From contig NMRA01000322.1 of assembly GCA_002633005.1 (NCBI GenBank), forward strand, positions 186,001 to 250,000: a stretch of DNA of 64,000 nt. Reading direction: 5' to 3'. This DNA comes from Phoronis australis. Lineage: Eukaryota; Animalia; Phoronida. A program made the position numbers and the translations under genes. Positions 51,228 to 64,000 of the stretch are shown in pieces. Below the pieces are notes generated by a model that saw only the letters and a program-made list of their open reading frames with translations, was not told where the DNA came from and ran no database searches. The stretch's first letter is position 1. The number at the start of each line of letters is the position of its first letter.

Positions 51228-54200
51228 GGTGCTTGTGCTTGAAAAGGAAATGTGGGCCTCCAGCCTTCATTACTCCTGCACTGCTATTTGTTAACAATAA
51301 TAGGTCACACATCACTCACGGAATACTCTTGACAATAACATTGTCGTATAACTGTAGGCTATCAGAAGAATGTTAGCTATGAAGTACTTTCAACTCTGCG
51401 TACACTGATGATAAAAGCGAATAGCGTTCATGAAAATAACCAAGATTCATGATTTGCGGTGTCATGGGTAGTTGAAGGTTACACGGTGACTAAGTTGCGG
51501 CAAAGAAAGGCAGAGCTTGACAAGTGAAGTTCGTTTTTCTTTTCTTGCCCCCAGCATTTTCGAACGAAAATCGTGAGTCCTAGAAATCACCAACTTTGTG
51601 GATTCACGTCGCTGAATATTATTGATATGCGTATATTTGCAGAGCACAGCTCAAAAATCAATTTTGCACTCGGCACTGTGAAAAAAAATGAATTAGGTTA
51701 ACTGTTAATGAAACCCTGGGAACATGGACCTTGCGACTGTAACGATTCACCTATAACTCGTAGCACATTTAATTAGCGACAAAGAAAAGGTGTTAACGAG
51801 AACAGGATGTACACAAAGAGCAAAGATTTGTGGTTGCAGGTGACGCAACATTGATCATAGGCGGTAGTTGCGGCCGAACGGTCTGCGCGCTTGGCGACGG
51901 CGGCGACAACGATGGAGGCAACGGCGGTGATGGGGGTGAGAGCGGCGGCGGAGGTAGTACCAGCCATTGGTGGTGGAATTGGTGATGGTTGTAGAGGTTG
52001 CGATTTATAGGATACATTTTGAAAATGAATGACTAGGTGTGTTTAATCGCTTCTTGCTGGCAGCATTTAACCATGTCAATCTCTTGATAAAACGTTTTTG
52101 CTATGAATGAAATTAGCACATGAAACACTCCCTCTGGGAAATTTGAGGCTGAGAAAATATCGCTGCGAGGTGCTTCAAAATTGAGTGTACGTGGTTTCCT
52201 GAAAGAAATACAAATGTGTCGAAACAATCCTGAATGTTTTGAGAATGGCATAATTGCAACCTAGTTGACATCGTGCGCTTATTTTCGGAAATTTCCCCGC
52301 CTTATACTCTCCTGTCCACTTAATGAGAAAGCCACATGAATACCCACTCTCCGCAATACAACAGCGCCTAATCTCATTCCGCAATATTTACCCACAGTGC
52401 TGCACACGCGTGAAGCAGTTGTACTCAGGTGCCGTGTTGATCACTAGATTAAAATTTATTTGGCCTTTTTCATTCCGACGCTATTCAATGATAATGTTAC
52501 AATATCAAAAATATTAACAAGCAGTGATAATAACAATAAAAGTAGTAGTAGTGAAAAAAACAGTGACTATTTGGTATCGCTGAACATCCGTGTTTACTGT
52601 GTGTGAATCCGGATACAATGACGTGGCTCACTGGTTCACTGGAGCTTTTCGGAACACTGCCTCTATTATTATTTTATTTATGTTTGATGAAGGACAATAC
52701 TTTGTGTGACGTGCAAGAGGTAATAAAAGATAAATGTTATCTGATGCCGACGATTAAATACTGTTATTAAACCAGGCCTCACTCGAGTTTCAGGATACTG
52801 AACTGGCTCTCATCTTTTTTAACAATGTTTTCTGAGAATGTGCGATTGATTATTGAACTATCCAGGTACTCATAAATTATAGACACCTGAAAAATGTAAG
52901 ATAAATATAATTGTGGTATTAGCATTAGTGTTTTGTCTCCACAGAAATGAATTAAAGCAAAACGTTTCGAATGTAATTAATCTATCATGTGAAAGATATT
53001 TAGTTAAGCGCAACGGTAAAAAACTAACCCAAAACACTGAGGTGTGAAAGTGGCGCCATTCCATAGAAAATGACTCTTGGAGACAATGAAAATCGTGTTA
53101 GGATCACCGTCCCATTTTTACTGCTAACGTGGACATTATTCCTTTAGAAATTGCGATCCACCAGTGAATACAACAAAAGTGATAATACTTAGACGTGCAG
53201 TCAGGCATGTAGTAGTGACGTATTGTGACGGCTGCATACAGCAGAGAGTCCTGCAACTAAACCTCAGTGTAAAAACATCTCCCTTGCCTGAGGTCTTCAT
53301 GTACGGCCACAGTTCAAGTCTATCGGATAAGACATGCACTCTCAAGATCTCAGCGCATAAGGAGTGAAATGGTGAAATACTTTTCCCGAAAGAGCCAAGA
53401 CATGTACACGATTTTAATTTTTTTTTGAACTCCAAGCAATTACGAGAGGAGCCTCCATTGCAAACTGTGACGATCTCTTGCAAAATCCTTAGTAATAAAT
53501 CACATTTTATTAATATTTTGTACATGTATACCATATTATTATGTCTTTATTATTCTCTGACTAATGTCTCGGTCTTCTGTTTTTGCATGAACATTAAGCT
53601 GTGTTTCGCTCGTTTAACTGACTAAAAAAATTAAATTAAGCATTTTATTCTCTAAAACACCGGCCTCAGCTTTCCTTACCGGAACAGGATAGTGTTTCGG
53701 TTACACGCAAGAGCATCGAATCATCAGCTACTCAAGAATACGCTTCAAGGTTTATTGGAGTAGGCCGAACCTAAGGTACGAATTTGGAAAAGATGCATGT
53801 GCGCGTTGCCTGTGATTTGAGTTGGAAAAGAAAATATAATCTCATCTTTCGTTGGTCAAATGGGTGAACGTTATGCAGTAAATTACGTGCGTATATCAAG
53901 TCTTGTAGTAGATGTTACAGTCGTACTTTTGTCAGGAATATTTTTGACGATCTCTCGCGTTCCATGCCTCTTTAAAAATTATTATTAATCGCTTAAAATA
54001 TATTCTGGTCACTCAATGCTAAAATTGTCTATCCCTTCGATCAACCTTTTCTATGGACGCAGGGCTAGACCTTAAAACTCGAGTAATCGAGTCTTGCAGC
54101 TTCTTTCCTCATGAGTCTTTGTTGCAACACAAGATTGTCGATGCCCGATTATCCTCAGTAAATAATGTTTTATAGTGATTTAGAAACTAGACACTATATG

Positions 54201-56049
54201 TAGTCTACTGATCATAGGACCATAACGAAAGAACATTCCAAAAGCGCAGTCTTCCGAATATAGCAGTGACATATTGCCTGTAATCAAACAACTAAAAACC
54301 CAGTCAAAAGGTCTGGTATTTGCTATAACTTTGTTCATGTCTCGTGAGCAAATAAACTAAATTCTTTTTTATTTCTTTCATCCTATAGAACAAGTGATAA
54401 AGGAATTGCTAGCGTAAGAAAACGTAGAGTTGTCTGAAATTCTTGACATTACATGCACTATCGTCGTCATTTTATGGTTTTATAAAGACCGTTTCTATTG
54501 GTTTGTGTCATAGTTTTATACGGACTTCGTTGGAAGTAGTGGAGTTAGTAGAAACTTTTTCAAATTTGCTTTCCCCGTCTAACGAATGTGAATTGATTTA
54601 TGATGTTCTTCAATAAACGTGTTTAATGCGAGCACAGAGTTTGAGCTGTGCGAGAGTTAGTGTTCGTGGAATAACTGTTGATTTTTCTGATCGAATTTAA
54701 TGACAGTGAACGCTATGAAAATATGATTTCTTTCACTGAACCAGCTTTTAGTCTGAAACGTATATCATTGTTTATTAGAAAAATAATAACACAACGGCTT
54801 TAAAACATGCCGTATTGGTTTGAATGATACAAAACTACAGCGCAATATTTTTACTAAAAAGAAAGGGGTAAGCCCGTCATTATATTTATTTGTGTCTGGA
54901 GAGGCAAATATCGAACTAGAAAGGTTTTATTGTAGACAAGTTCATAAAAACGCCGTCAGCGTAGACAATGGCTCTTAAAAGAAGTATAACTGGTTAACGG
55001 AACCGAAAACATCTAAGTTAAATCTAATCGAATTCTTTTCAAACAGGTTTTCTTTGACACGTAAACCGGTGACTGGTGTTTACTTTTGTCTCATACACTT
55101 GAGCAATTACTTTGTTAAAAACGAGACTCGATTATTCCTGGAGATCCGCGTTTCATTAAGACGCAGCCAACTAAAGCGTGTGGACGTAGGTGCATTGGTA
55201 ATCGGAATCATTCAGGTTTACGCCACATTGTCGTCAATAACGTGCAGCCGAGCTCAATATATCTTAACTCACTTATAGCTTTTAAACAATAATCGTGTAC
55301 CTCTGGAATCTGAGCAAAACAAAAAAAAAATGGCGAATAGTCAAGAGACACATAGCAGCAAGCAAAAGACATGTTGTTTAAAAGCACAATATTGTCTGTT
55401 TTGTTAATCTCTTGCATTTGTTGAAATTCGATCGTTCAGAAAATTCCTTTTTAAGGATACGAGTGGCATGTTGATAGGGAATCATGCAATAAAAGAACAG
55501 CTTGTTTTACTGTACTCGGAGAAACGTCACAGTGGCGGATCTAGAATATCACAAGGGAGAGGGCCAACAATTTGTTTGTAAACATTTGCACAAAGCACGA
55601 TTGTAGATGCACATAACACCGAATGGGGGGAGGTCGGGCATTTTCCTTGATTCCTGAAGTATTATCCAAGAAAAAAAACACGGAGAACGTGTCAAACTTT
55701 GAAAACCTGCAATTAACACAAACTCGAACTCACGACCTGGCGGATAAAGCTCGCGTGGTTTACCATTGTACCACCACGATTTCTAAGAGACCTACTTGTT
55801 TATGGTCCACAGCGTTTGCACGCGAAACCTACTTCTTTTTGTAGTGCTTATTGCACTTTTTATATTTTGTGCAATCACTTCGTTAAAAAAAAATAATTGC
55901 ATGCGGTCTGATACACGTTGTACCAGACGTGCGCAGGCCTCGCGTGTGGGCCCATTGCACTGATCACGTCGAAATATTTTTATGCTTTATTAATATATGG
56001 TTAACACCGAGCTGAGGAGCTAGAAACCTAGCTCAAGGGTTTAGCAGTG

Positions 56050-56120
56050 TGACCTGGTGGGACTCGAACACACGACCTCGAGTAAAGAAAGCGGGCACTT
56101 ATCAACCAGGCCACGCTGTC
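56050..56120 (-). mobile_element. tRNA-derived SINE head or tRNA pseudogene (second degenerate copy ~55715-55777)
   Basis: A-box-like gtggcctggttg, B-box tgttcgagtccc, tRNA-like spacing. Confidence 0.55.
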
Positions 56121-57469
56121 TCCTCCTAAATGCTTATTACACTTTTTATATTTTGTGCAATCAGTTCGTAACATTTTTTTGTATTTAAAATAGTCTTCAA
56201 TTGCCCAAAAGACCAAATCTGTTTTTGTGTTGGCATTAATGACGCGATTGCTTTGAAAATCGTCTTAAGTTACGGTCTGACAAAGAGAGAATTGTGAGTT
56301 TTTGAGTGATTCACTAAGGCTTCGATTAAAATTCACATCTTACCAGCAGCTTCTGTTTTTTCATCGTCACTCAGATTCCATTTTCTTTAAAAAATGAAGT
56401 AATTTTCTTCATTGCACAGTGAAGCAGACGACGGAAACGGAGTCATAGTGCGCAGCGCCCGCGGGAGAGCCTGTACTTAGCCATAGTTCCATTACGATTG
56501 CGCCATGTTCCGAATTTGTCACTTTAAATTGGATCTGAACCCCTCCCCCCCCTCCTCCCCAAACTAAAACTGCACACATTCAAATCTTGTTTCAGCAGTA
56601 TAATGTTGAATACCGGGGTTAATTAATATACTCAACATTTCCCTACGCTCTTGCTGTTTTATTTTTTTGCGGCAGCCAACGGGGGGGCCCTGGGCCACCC
56701 CTTAAATCCGCCTATGCGTAAAATGAAAACAAAGGAAAAGTCAAATGTCGTAGTGAGTTTTTATATTGCTATAAGCCCGTCTTACGTAAAACAGTAACTT
56801 TCGACTACATCACCTACGTTATATAACGTATATTTAGCACTTGATGGACCTTAAATTCAAATTGCTAACGGTCTTCGCATTATTATGGATGATCCGTTTT
56901 AAAACTCGTTCATCTTCAATATAACGTGAATGGAATTGGTTGCGGTAGAATAGTTTCTTGGTTGAATCTGGGAAATTTGAATCCGTGAGAAGGTCAAGTG
57001 TGCGTGAGATAATTTTGAATCTCTCGAATGAGCGGCGCTCAGGACATCAGATTATAATATTAAAGGAAGTAACGGGAGGGAAAGGGGTGGTTTGAAATAA
57101 TACGTGGAAGCGTAGCTCTTTGCGAGCAATACTACAAAACGCCGAAAAGTGCCTGATGATAAATCGGGAGTACTTCTTATCCATTAGAGAGGAATGGCGT
57201 GCGTGAGAGAAGAATGTTACTTTGTACGCTGGCAATCCCGAGCGATGCACAGGAAAGGAAGTGTGTGTTCTTCGCCTTTAACCTTGAAGATCTGTCATTT
57301 ATTTATGCGAGAAAAAGCGATCCCATGGGGTCATTTTTCACAGTAGTTCACATTAAATTTAGACCCTTCCATTAAAAAGCGACCTGGGTCATTTTTTAAT
57401 ATTAACAACGTCGAGTCGACATTGACCTACCTGCGTTTTACAAATATATTAGGGGATGTAAAAATGAAA

Positions 57470-58835
57470 AAAAAATCCCAAAATCTCATGTATCAAAATT
57501 TCTCCAGAGGGGAGCAAACACGATACACATTGAATCTTTCATTAAGTCATTAAAAATTACTTGGATAAGGAAAGCTTTACAGAATTCTGGTTCAGCTTGG
57601 AAAGTATTTCTTTTTGAAAACTATTTGGAAAACAAAGCACACTTCAGTCAGATGGTAGATGCTTATTTCAAGCATTTAGCGGGTACATGTAAAAATTTTT
57701 GGCCAGATGTGTTCAATTCATTATATGAATTTTATTATTTATCGCTTTCAAATACGCCACGAGGTTTGGAAATTTATCAACCTTTATGGTTTACTTTTTT
57801 AAATTATCTTGATTGATCATGAACCTGCTTATATTCGATCCTGGAATGAATAAAGCGTAAGATTTGTTTGCGATTTATTTAATAAGAATGGACACTCAAT
57901 TTTCCACAAAATTCAACTTCAAGTCTTCTTTCTTAATCTTTTACAGCTGACGGGAAAGTATTTGACAATTACTTACTGTAAACGTAAAAAGATGAACAAC
58001 TATCAAGCAATATTTCCAATATTTCCAGTGGTGCTACAAAATATGACACGTGATAAGAAGGGAACTCGGGCTTTTCACAAGACATTTTTTGGAAAATTTG
58101 TATAAAAAGCCAAAATTTTTATCAAATGGAAAAGTCCGAATTTCAGTGGCAAGATATTTTATGCAACCCTTTTGACTTTAGTCCAGTCAATGACATACGT
58201 CTAAAGTGGCCACAGATGAGAATTGACCATAGAATAGCAGGATCAAACAAACTGTTGTTACAAATAGGTGCTAGTGATTCCGATCTATGTAGCTTCTGTC
58301 ATGCGAGGTCAGAGGAAATTGTTCATTTATTCTTTGACTATTCTTTCGTGAAAACTTTCAGGAAAAAATATCGGAGATTCTATCATCCGTAGACAACTGT
58401 GTAAGCAAACATTTAGACGCTTTCACTGTTATATTTGGATTTAGTTGGAAGAGGTGCAAGTTACTTAATGTTATTTTGTGTCTAACAGACTCATCTTCTC
58501 CCGTCGATTGCGGTGCCAGGTGCCTTCCATCACAGTCTTCAAAATTGAATTGACTTATTATATGAAAAAGCTTAAGTACATTTCGCACGAAAATGGATGC
58601 TTAGAATATTTTGAAAACGAATGGAAAATCTTTTTACAACCATATTCTTCCGCAGTATTCAGTATACAATGTAAGCAGGTTTCGTGTGTGCGCGTGCGTG
58701 AAAAGTATGAATGTAGCTTAGTTAGCTATAGATGTACTAGGTATAACCGGTGATACGGGTCTGTAAGGACTTGTTTTTGTTGTGTAATCACTTCCTTGGT
58801 TCTCTAATAAAAATATTCAAGAGCAAAACAAAAAA
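57470..58835 (+). mobile_element. 5'-truncated decayed L1/Tx1-type element (zf-RVT region)
   Basis: FIKSLKITWIRK, QPLWF, RI.HRI..SNKLL and DLCSFC...EEIVHLFFD; aataaa plus A-rich tail at ~58806-58835. Confidence 0.82.
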
Positions 58836-59133
58836 GCGACCCGGGTCATTTTTTAAGATTAAAAGTGAACCGGGGTGGCACCTTTTAATAGTGAAGAATG
58901 ACCCATTGGTCACTGGGTCATTATTTAATGCTACAGCGGCTAACGACGTCGAGTCGACATTGACCGACCATTTGAACTTTCTGTCACAGTTAAACTAGGC
59001 CTGGGAGTGTAATACGGTGAATAATACCACATGGCCGCATTCCACTCAACTTATTCAACGCGTATGGGATAACAACATCAAATCGAACTATTTTGGCTCG
59101 ATACTTTAAGACAATTTCTGAAGCACCAAGGTC

Positions 59134-59152
59134 ATGTGTGTGTGTACATGTG

Positions 59153-59188
<36 letters not shown>

Positions 59189-59191
59189 TGT
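59134..59191. repeat. (TG)/(GTGC)n microsatellite
   Basis: Direct inspection. Confidence 0.9.
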
Positions 59192-61460
59192 TTGTGTCTG
59201 AATGTGTATATATCTGTGTGTGTATATAACGTATATATACATATATTATCGGTACAATGTAACCTCTAAAATCCAAAATGAATTTTGTGAGAAAGTCTTC
59301 GTCGAGGTTTTCTCAGATCGCGATTCTAAACCACTGTACCATCATTGTGAGGTAATCCATTAATCAAAATTGCTAACAAACCAATATTTATTAAACAATG
59401 GGATGACAAGGGTGTCAGATATGTCTAAGACTTAGAAGATTCTGCTTGCAACTTGATCGGTTGTGAGTTGCCTTTTAATTAAATTTCATGTCGCTCTATG
59501 AACGCAACACTTCTGGAGATTCATAGGGATACCAAGTCCAAATATAAGCATATGTCTCAAACTTAGGCCGATATACGTACCAGTGATACCACCGAAAACA
59601 TTACACTAGTACATTTGACTGGCACGTGCCTTTTGCAGTCTGGGGGATGCATTGCTTCGTTTGGAGTTGGTTTTGAGATGCAATCGTTTCCTAAGCATTT
59701 TGTGGCATTGCAATGCAGAGAGGTAACGGCAAATCTAGAGGTTCCGAGCAGCTTTAGTCACGTTCCTCCCAGCTGTTACGGCCAATGGTCAGATATTGGT
59801 AAAACGTTTGCTGAAACACATCCCCGTTGTCTGTCTCGTGACTTACGCTTGGCGCAGTACGATTTTTTTCAAATTCTTGTTAAGTGACCAATGCTGAATG
59901 AAACCAGTCATTTGCCGGTCCACTGGGTGAAGGCCACAAACTGATCACTTCTTCTACGTCTCAGATACTATTCAACACTCCAAGAATCAACACGGGTTGC
60001 AGGTTTCTTGACATTTGTTTTCACTTCTAATACATAACACGACGTATTCACTCCAATTTTTTTCGTGAGATTCCTAACCGCACCACACCCCTAAGAAGCA
60101 TCTAAATCTTATACATAATACTGTTTTTGAAATCTTCATATGATATCCTCAACCCCCTGATGGGCATAATAGACATATTGTTTCATTTGAAAATAAAACG
60201 ACCGTTTGCCGAGAAGGTAAAACTGTTCGCTCTCCAATGATGTGCATTTTAAATTTCTACTGTTTTAACAGTTTTCATGAGCTAATTCGCATCGCGCAAT
60301 CGCCTTATGCGATTCTTATTCGACTTGACGCACCACGACTAACAGGTATTAAGAAGGAAGAGGTCATATCATTGTTCTGTTACATGGATTTTGACGCAGC
60401 AGCAACGGAAGAGTGAGCCAGGGTGCCATCTCGCGGGGAAACATCTAGCCAAAATGTTCTTATCGAAAATACAGGGTGATATCTCGCGAGTTCTTGCTTT
60501 TCTTACAAGGTGCTAGCGTCACTGAACGCGACTCACAGACATGATCAGTAGTTCCCAAACATTACTCATGCACCACAGCTGTGAAATCGGCAAAATGGAA
60601 AGCAAAAACTTGGGACTGCTTTTAATGATTTTCAATTACTTTTTGCTTGCTACCTGGTATATTTTTTACGACAATTTTGAAGAAACCAGAAAAGTTTGAT
60701 GAGATTTTTGTTGTGAGTTCCTTTTTTGAAATCTATAACATGTGGGCACACACAACTATGGCTTATCAGCACAGGCATTTAAAGAAATACCATACTGGAC
60801 ATTTTCTAATACAAATAGGGGCATGTAAACTTTAAAGTTTCCTTAAAAACAAAAAGTAAATAAATTTTCTTCACATCCTTAACCTCCAGATGTGGCAAAC
60901 AATATTTAAAACCTCACAGCAATATTTTAAAATGCCTACTTCATTATATACTCTAAAAAGTCACCTGTCACAAATAGCTACCACTTAACTTCGAAACAAC
61001 AAATTGATTCCAATGTAAACATTCAAAAAACAAGGATAACAAATCTACTAACTGTGACTTGGAGAATAACGACAGCTGAATAACGACAGTTGAATAACAG
61101 GTTAAAACAGCTATAAAGCTGCATTCTGTCAAAAAATGATATTTGCCACTTTTTGGTCCAAATGTTCTCCTTAGTCAAAATAGGTGTGACCTCTGGGATT
61201 GGACAGATCTCACAGTTGGTGAATGCTTGAGGCCACTTTACAAATTCAGTGGTCACCAAGACCGGTATTTTCATGCAATATGGTCTCACCCAACAATGTC
61301 TCACAGAATAATGAACTCTCAATTCTTTGCAAATCCATAAATCTGAGTAAAGAACAAGTTTATTCTAATTTTATTGTGATAAGTGGCCTGAATTAAAATT
61401 TATTTTCTTCGACAGAACACGGGTTTATAGCCCCTCTCAGGTACACTACACTGCAAACGT

Positions 61461-61585
61461 TTGTTCATCAAGAATACAACAGATACGACATTGTTCATCT
61501 AGAATACAACAGATACGACATTGTTCATCTAGAATACAACAGATATGACATTGTTCATCTAGAATACACAGACAGATACGACACT
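61461..61585. repeat. 30-bp minisatellite (ttgttcatctagaatacaacagatacgaca), ~4 copies
   Basis: Direct inspection. Confidence 0.9.
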
Positions 61586-64000
61586 GTCAAGAGAATTCAT
61601 GCAAAATTCGAACAGGCTTTCAATATCTGAATAATAAAATAGACTTTTGTTCATCAACAGAAATACATTGAAATTGAGAAAATATCAAATAAGTATGTGA
61701 ATCATCAATTAATTCACAGATGCTGCCACATAAAATATATTACCGCACAAATAATAAAAACCTTAACAATGCCAGTCTAAAAACCTTAGTGAGCAAAAGC
61801 ATTCCCTAAATCTGAGATAATATAATTAGTCAACATCAGCTTGTCAACAATGAGATGAGTATACAATGCACTATAATAAGTCTTAGGTTAACAAAATAAT
61901 GTAAATGAGTTATAAAATGTCCTGTCCAACGAGATTTTGTTCAATATAGGAATATTACAGTTCACTACAAACTGCCGTGAGCATTTAAACTTTGCATGTT
62001 CATCCATATAAGCAGCCATGCAAACTACTGCAATCCTGTGTTAACGTTGGTACAGAAGACTGACTCCAGTCACATAATTTATGAAATATGAATGTGTCTA
62101 CCTATTGATAGACAGAAGCCACATGAACAGGGTTGTCACTAACATTCTAGTCAGCTAATTCTCTAATGCTTTACTATTGATTTTCTTGTGTCCTCCAAAC
62201 TTGTAACTTTTTATAGGTGAAAACAGATAATTTTGACGAGGTTTCATATTTAATTAATAGGGTTCAATGTGCATTGGTACTGACTCTCTCTTCCAAAAGT
62301 GTGAACTTTGACATACTTGCGGAACCACTTTTCAAGGAAACAAAAGTTGACAGTTGACAACATAATCCAACACAGGGGCATACAAAGAGCAGTCATGGTA
62401 CTCGAAATGCAACACTTGGGCATAACACCACCCTTGAACAGGACCCCACTTCTGAACAATGACACAATTTACAAGAACCCATTTAGACAACCACACTGTG
62501 TTATTTACCGTCTTTTTACCACGGTAGAAACAATTTAAAGGCATTTTGGGTCATTTTAGGTTAACTTGAACCTTTAAAACAATTTCTATAGAAACAAAAT
62601 TTATATAACAAAATAATAAAAATACAGTGTTGTGCTATGATCAAGTCATACATTGCAAACACTGATAAACTAAATCACTGTTTCAATAGACTGAGCACCT
62701 GATCAAGTCACATGGCAATCTGTTACAAACTCAGGTTGGGACTAGTGTTCAACATTGAAAAGCAAGAGATTTGAGGAATTGTTAATATCATTTTTATAGA
62801 AATCCATTAAAAAGTTCAAAATATCTAAGTGAAATGTGCCACATTGCACCAAAATGCCTCCAAAATAGGAATATTTCCTACAAACCATTGTCTAGGTTGA
62901 TAGCCACTGATCTATTTATCCACTGTATGTTCAGAGGCAACAATGCCTTCTTGTGCCAGTCTCTTCAGCATAGTACCATAGACCTCTTTAGCATAGGGGC
63001 CCAACACTCCCTTAGACTGTATTTCACCTAGATCAAACAAGAATCAAGCAACAATGAAATCAAAGCACAGCTTGAATGAGAAAACTTAGTCGTGATCCAT
63101 AATGAAAGCCAATTACAGGACTGTGACAGCTTATTTATTACTCCCACCTCAAGTCATTTTCAGACACTCAAAATTAACTCCAATTGTAGAACAAATTCAT
63201 TCTGGGACGAATCTTGCGGGACAAGATTTTGTGGTGTTCAAACTTGGCTGACCTCCAAAATTTGCCTTTTCTCTGTTATCCGAATTAAGAGAGCTAAATT
63301 TTTTCAAGAAAACAGTCCTGTACCTTGGACACTTTTTGTAGACCATGGAAAACTAATTTTGGAAATACTTATTCTTGACCCAAAAAGGCGAGCCGTCCGA
63401 AAATGGGGCGACTTAACCACTATGTCAAGAAAAACAGAGTATGAAGATGCAGAGTTCACAGATCTCCTAGCGCCACCTACAGTCATTTTTTGAAAATGGC
63501 TGCAAGAGCAGAATACAATGCATTTTCAAAAAATATTTCAGCTGCTTGGGATGCCTCTATGCAGACAAAATTATTCACCAATAATTCATTTATATAAACA
63601 ACAAATCCCGACAAAGATAACCTGGAATAGAAAACTCCCGGAATTGACTGTATTATTGATGAATTCTCCATATCAGTTTATTTAAAGCAGCTGCTTACGA
63701 CAAGCAAAGCTAAGTCCACAAAGCTTGTCTCTGCTATTGATTTTTATGTTTGTTAAACAGTTATTCAGAGTGAATCAGCCTTGGTATATAGAAGCAGATC
63801 TTGGATGACCTGAAATTTAGCAATCACTTGGCACAGGGCATCAAAACAACACAGACAGGCTGAGAGACATGAAGATAGGATGGTCGAGAGATATGAACAT
63901 AGGATAGCTGAAAGAAGAAGGGTTCCTAGTTATCATGCAGATAACACTCTTCCATCCAAAAACACTGAAAAGCCCCTTGTTGAGACCAAAATGACCCCTG

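Noticed and set aside
51109-51376. THAR/ACVR repeat ORFs
   Set aside because: (GTGC)n microsatellite.
51773-52017. Pro-rich or Ala-rich ORFs
   Set aside because: Degenerate GGC/GGT triplet repeat without convincing splice sites; lies upstream of the identified start codon.

Overview
Eukaryotic (AT-rich, invertebrate-like; organism not determinable) genomic DNA dominated by one large intron-rich minus-strand gene. The ATG is at 43023, there are about 43 predicted coding exons (~2,160 aa) inside the window, and the gene runs off the left edge. It encodes a secreted or membrane MUC4/coral 'mucin-like'-type protein: signal peptide, ~640-aa Ser/Ala/Gly(Thr)-rich low-complexity region, EGF, TSP1, 3 EGF, NIDO, AMOP-like, VWD (GDPH), cadherin/Ig-like and many Ca-binding EGF repeats. 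The low-complexity region is not one big exon as in vertebrate mucins. It is assembled from ~26 small phase-1/phase-1 exons, including a 10-kb tandem array of 15 near-identical 54-nt exons ([18 protein letters not shown]), each duplicated together with its ~0.5-0.9 kb intron. Introns and upstream DNA hold decayed L1/Tx1, CR1 and Penelope-like remnants (with minimal hammerhead motifs), MITEs, tRNA-like SINE heads and mini/microsatellites. A ~1-kb duplication at an N gap is probably an assembly artefact. All exon boundaries were read manually from GT-AG sites and reading frame; no database search was run.
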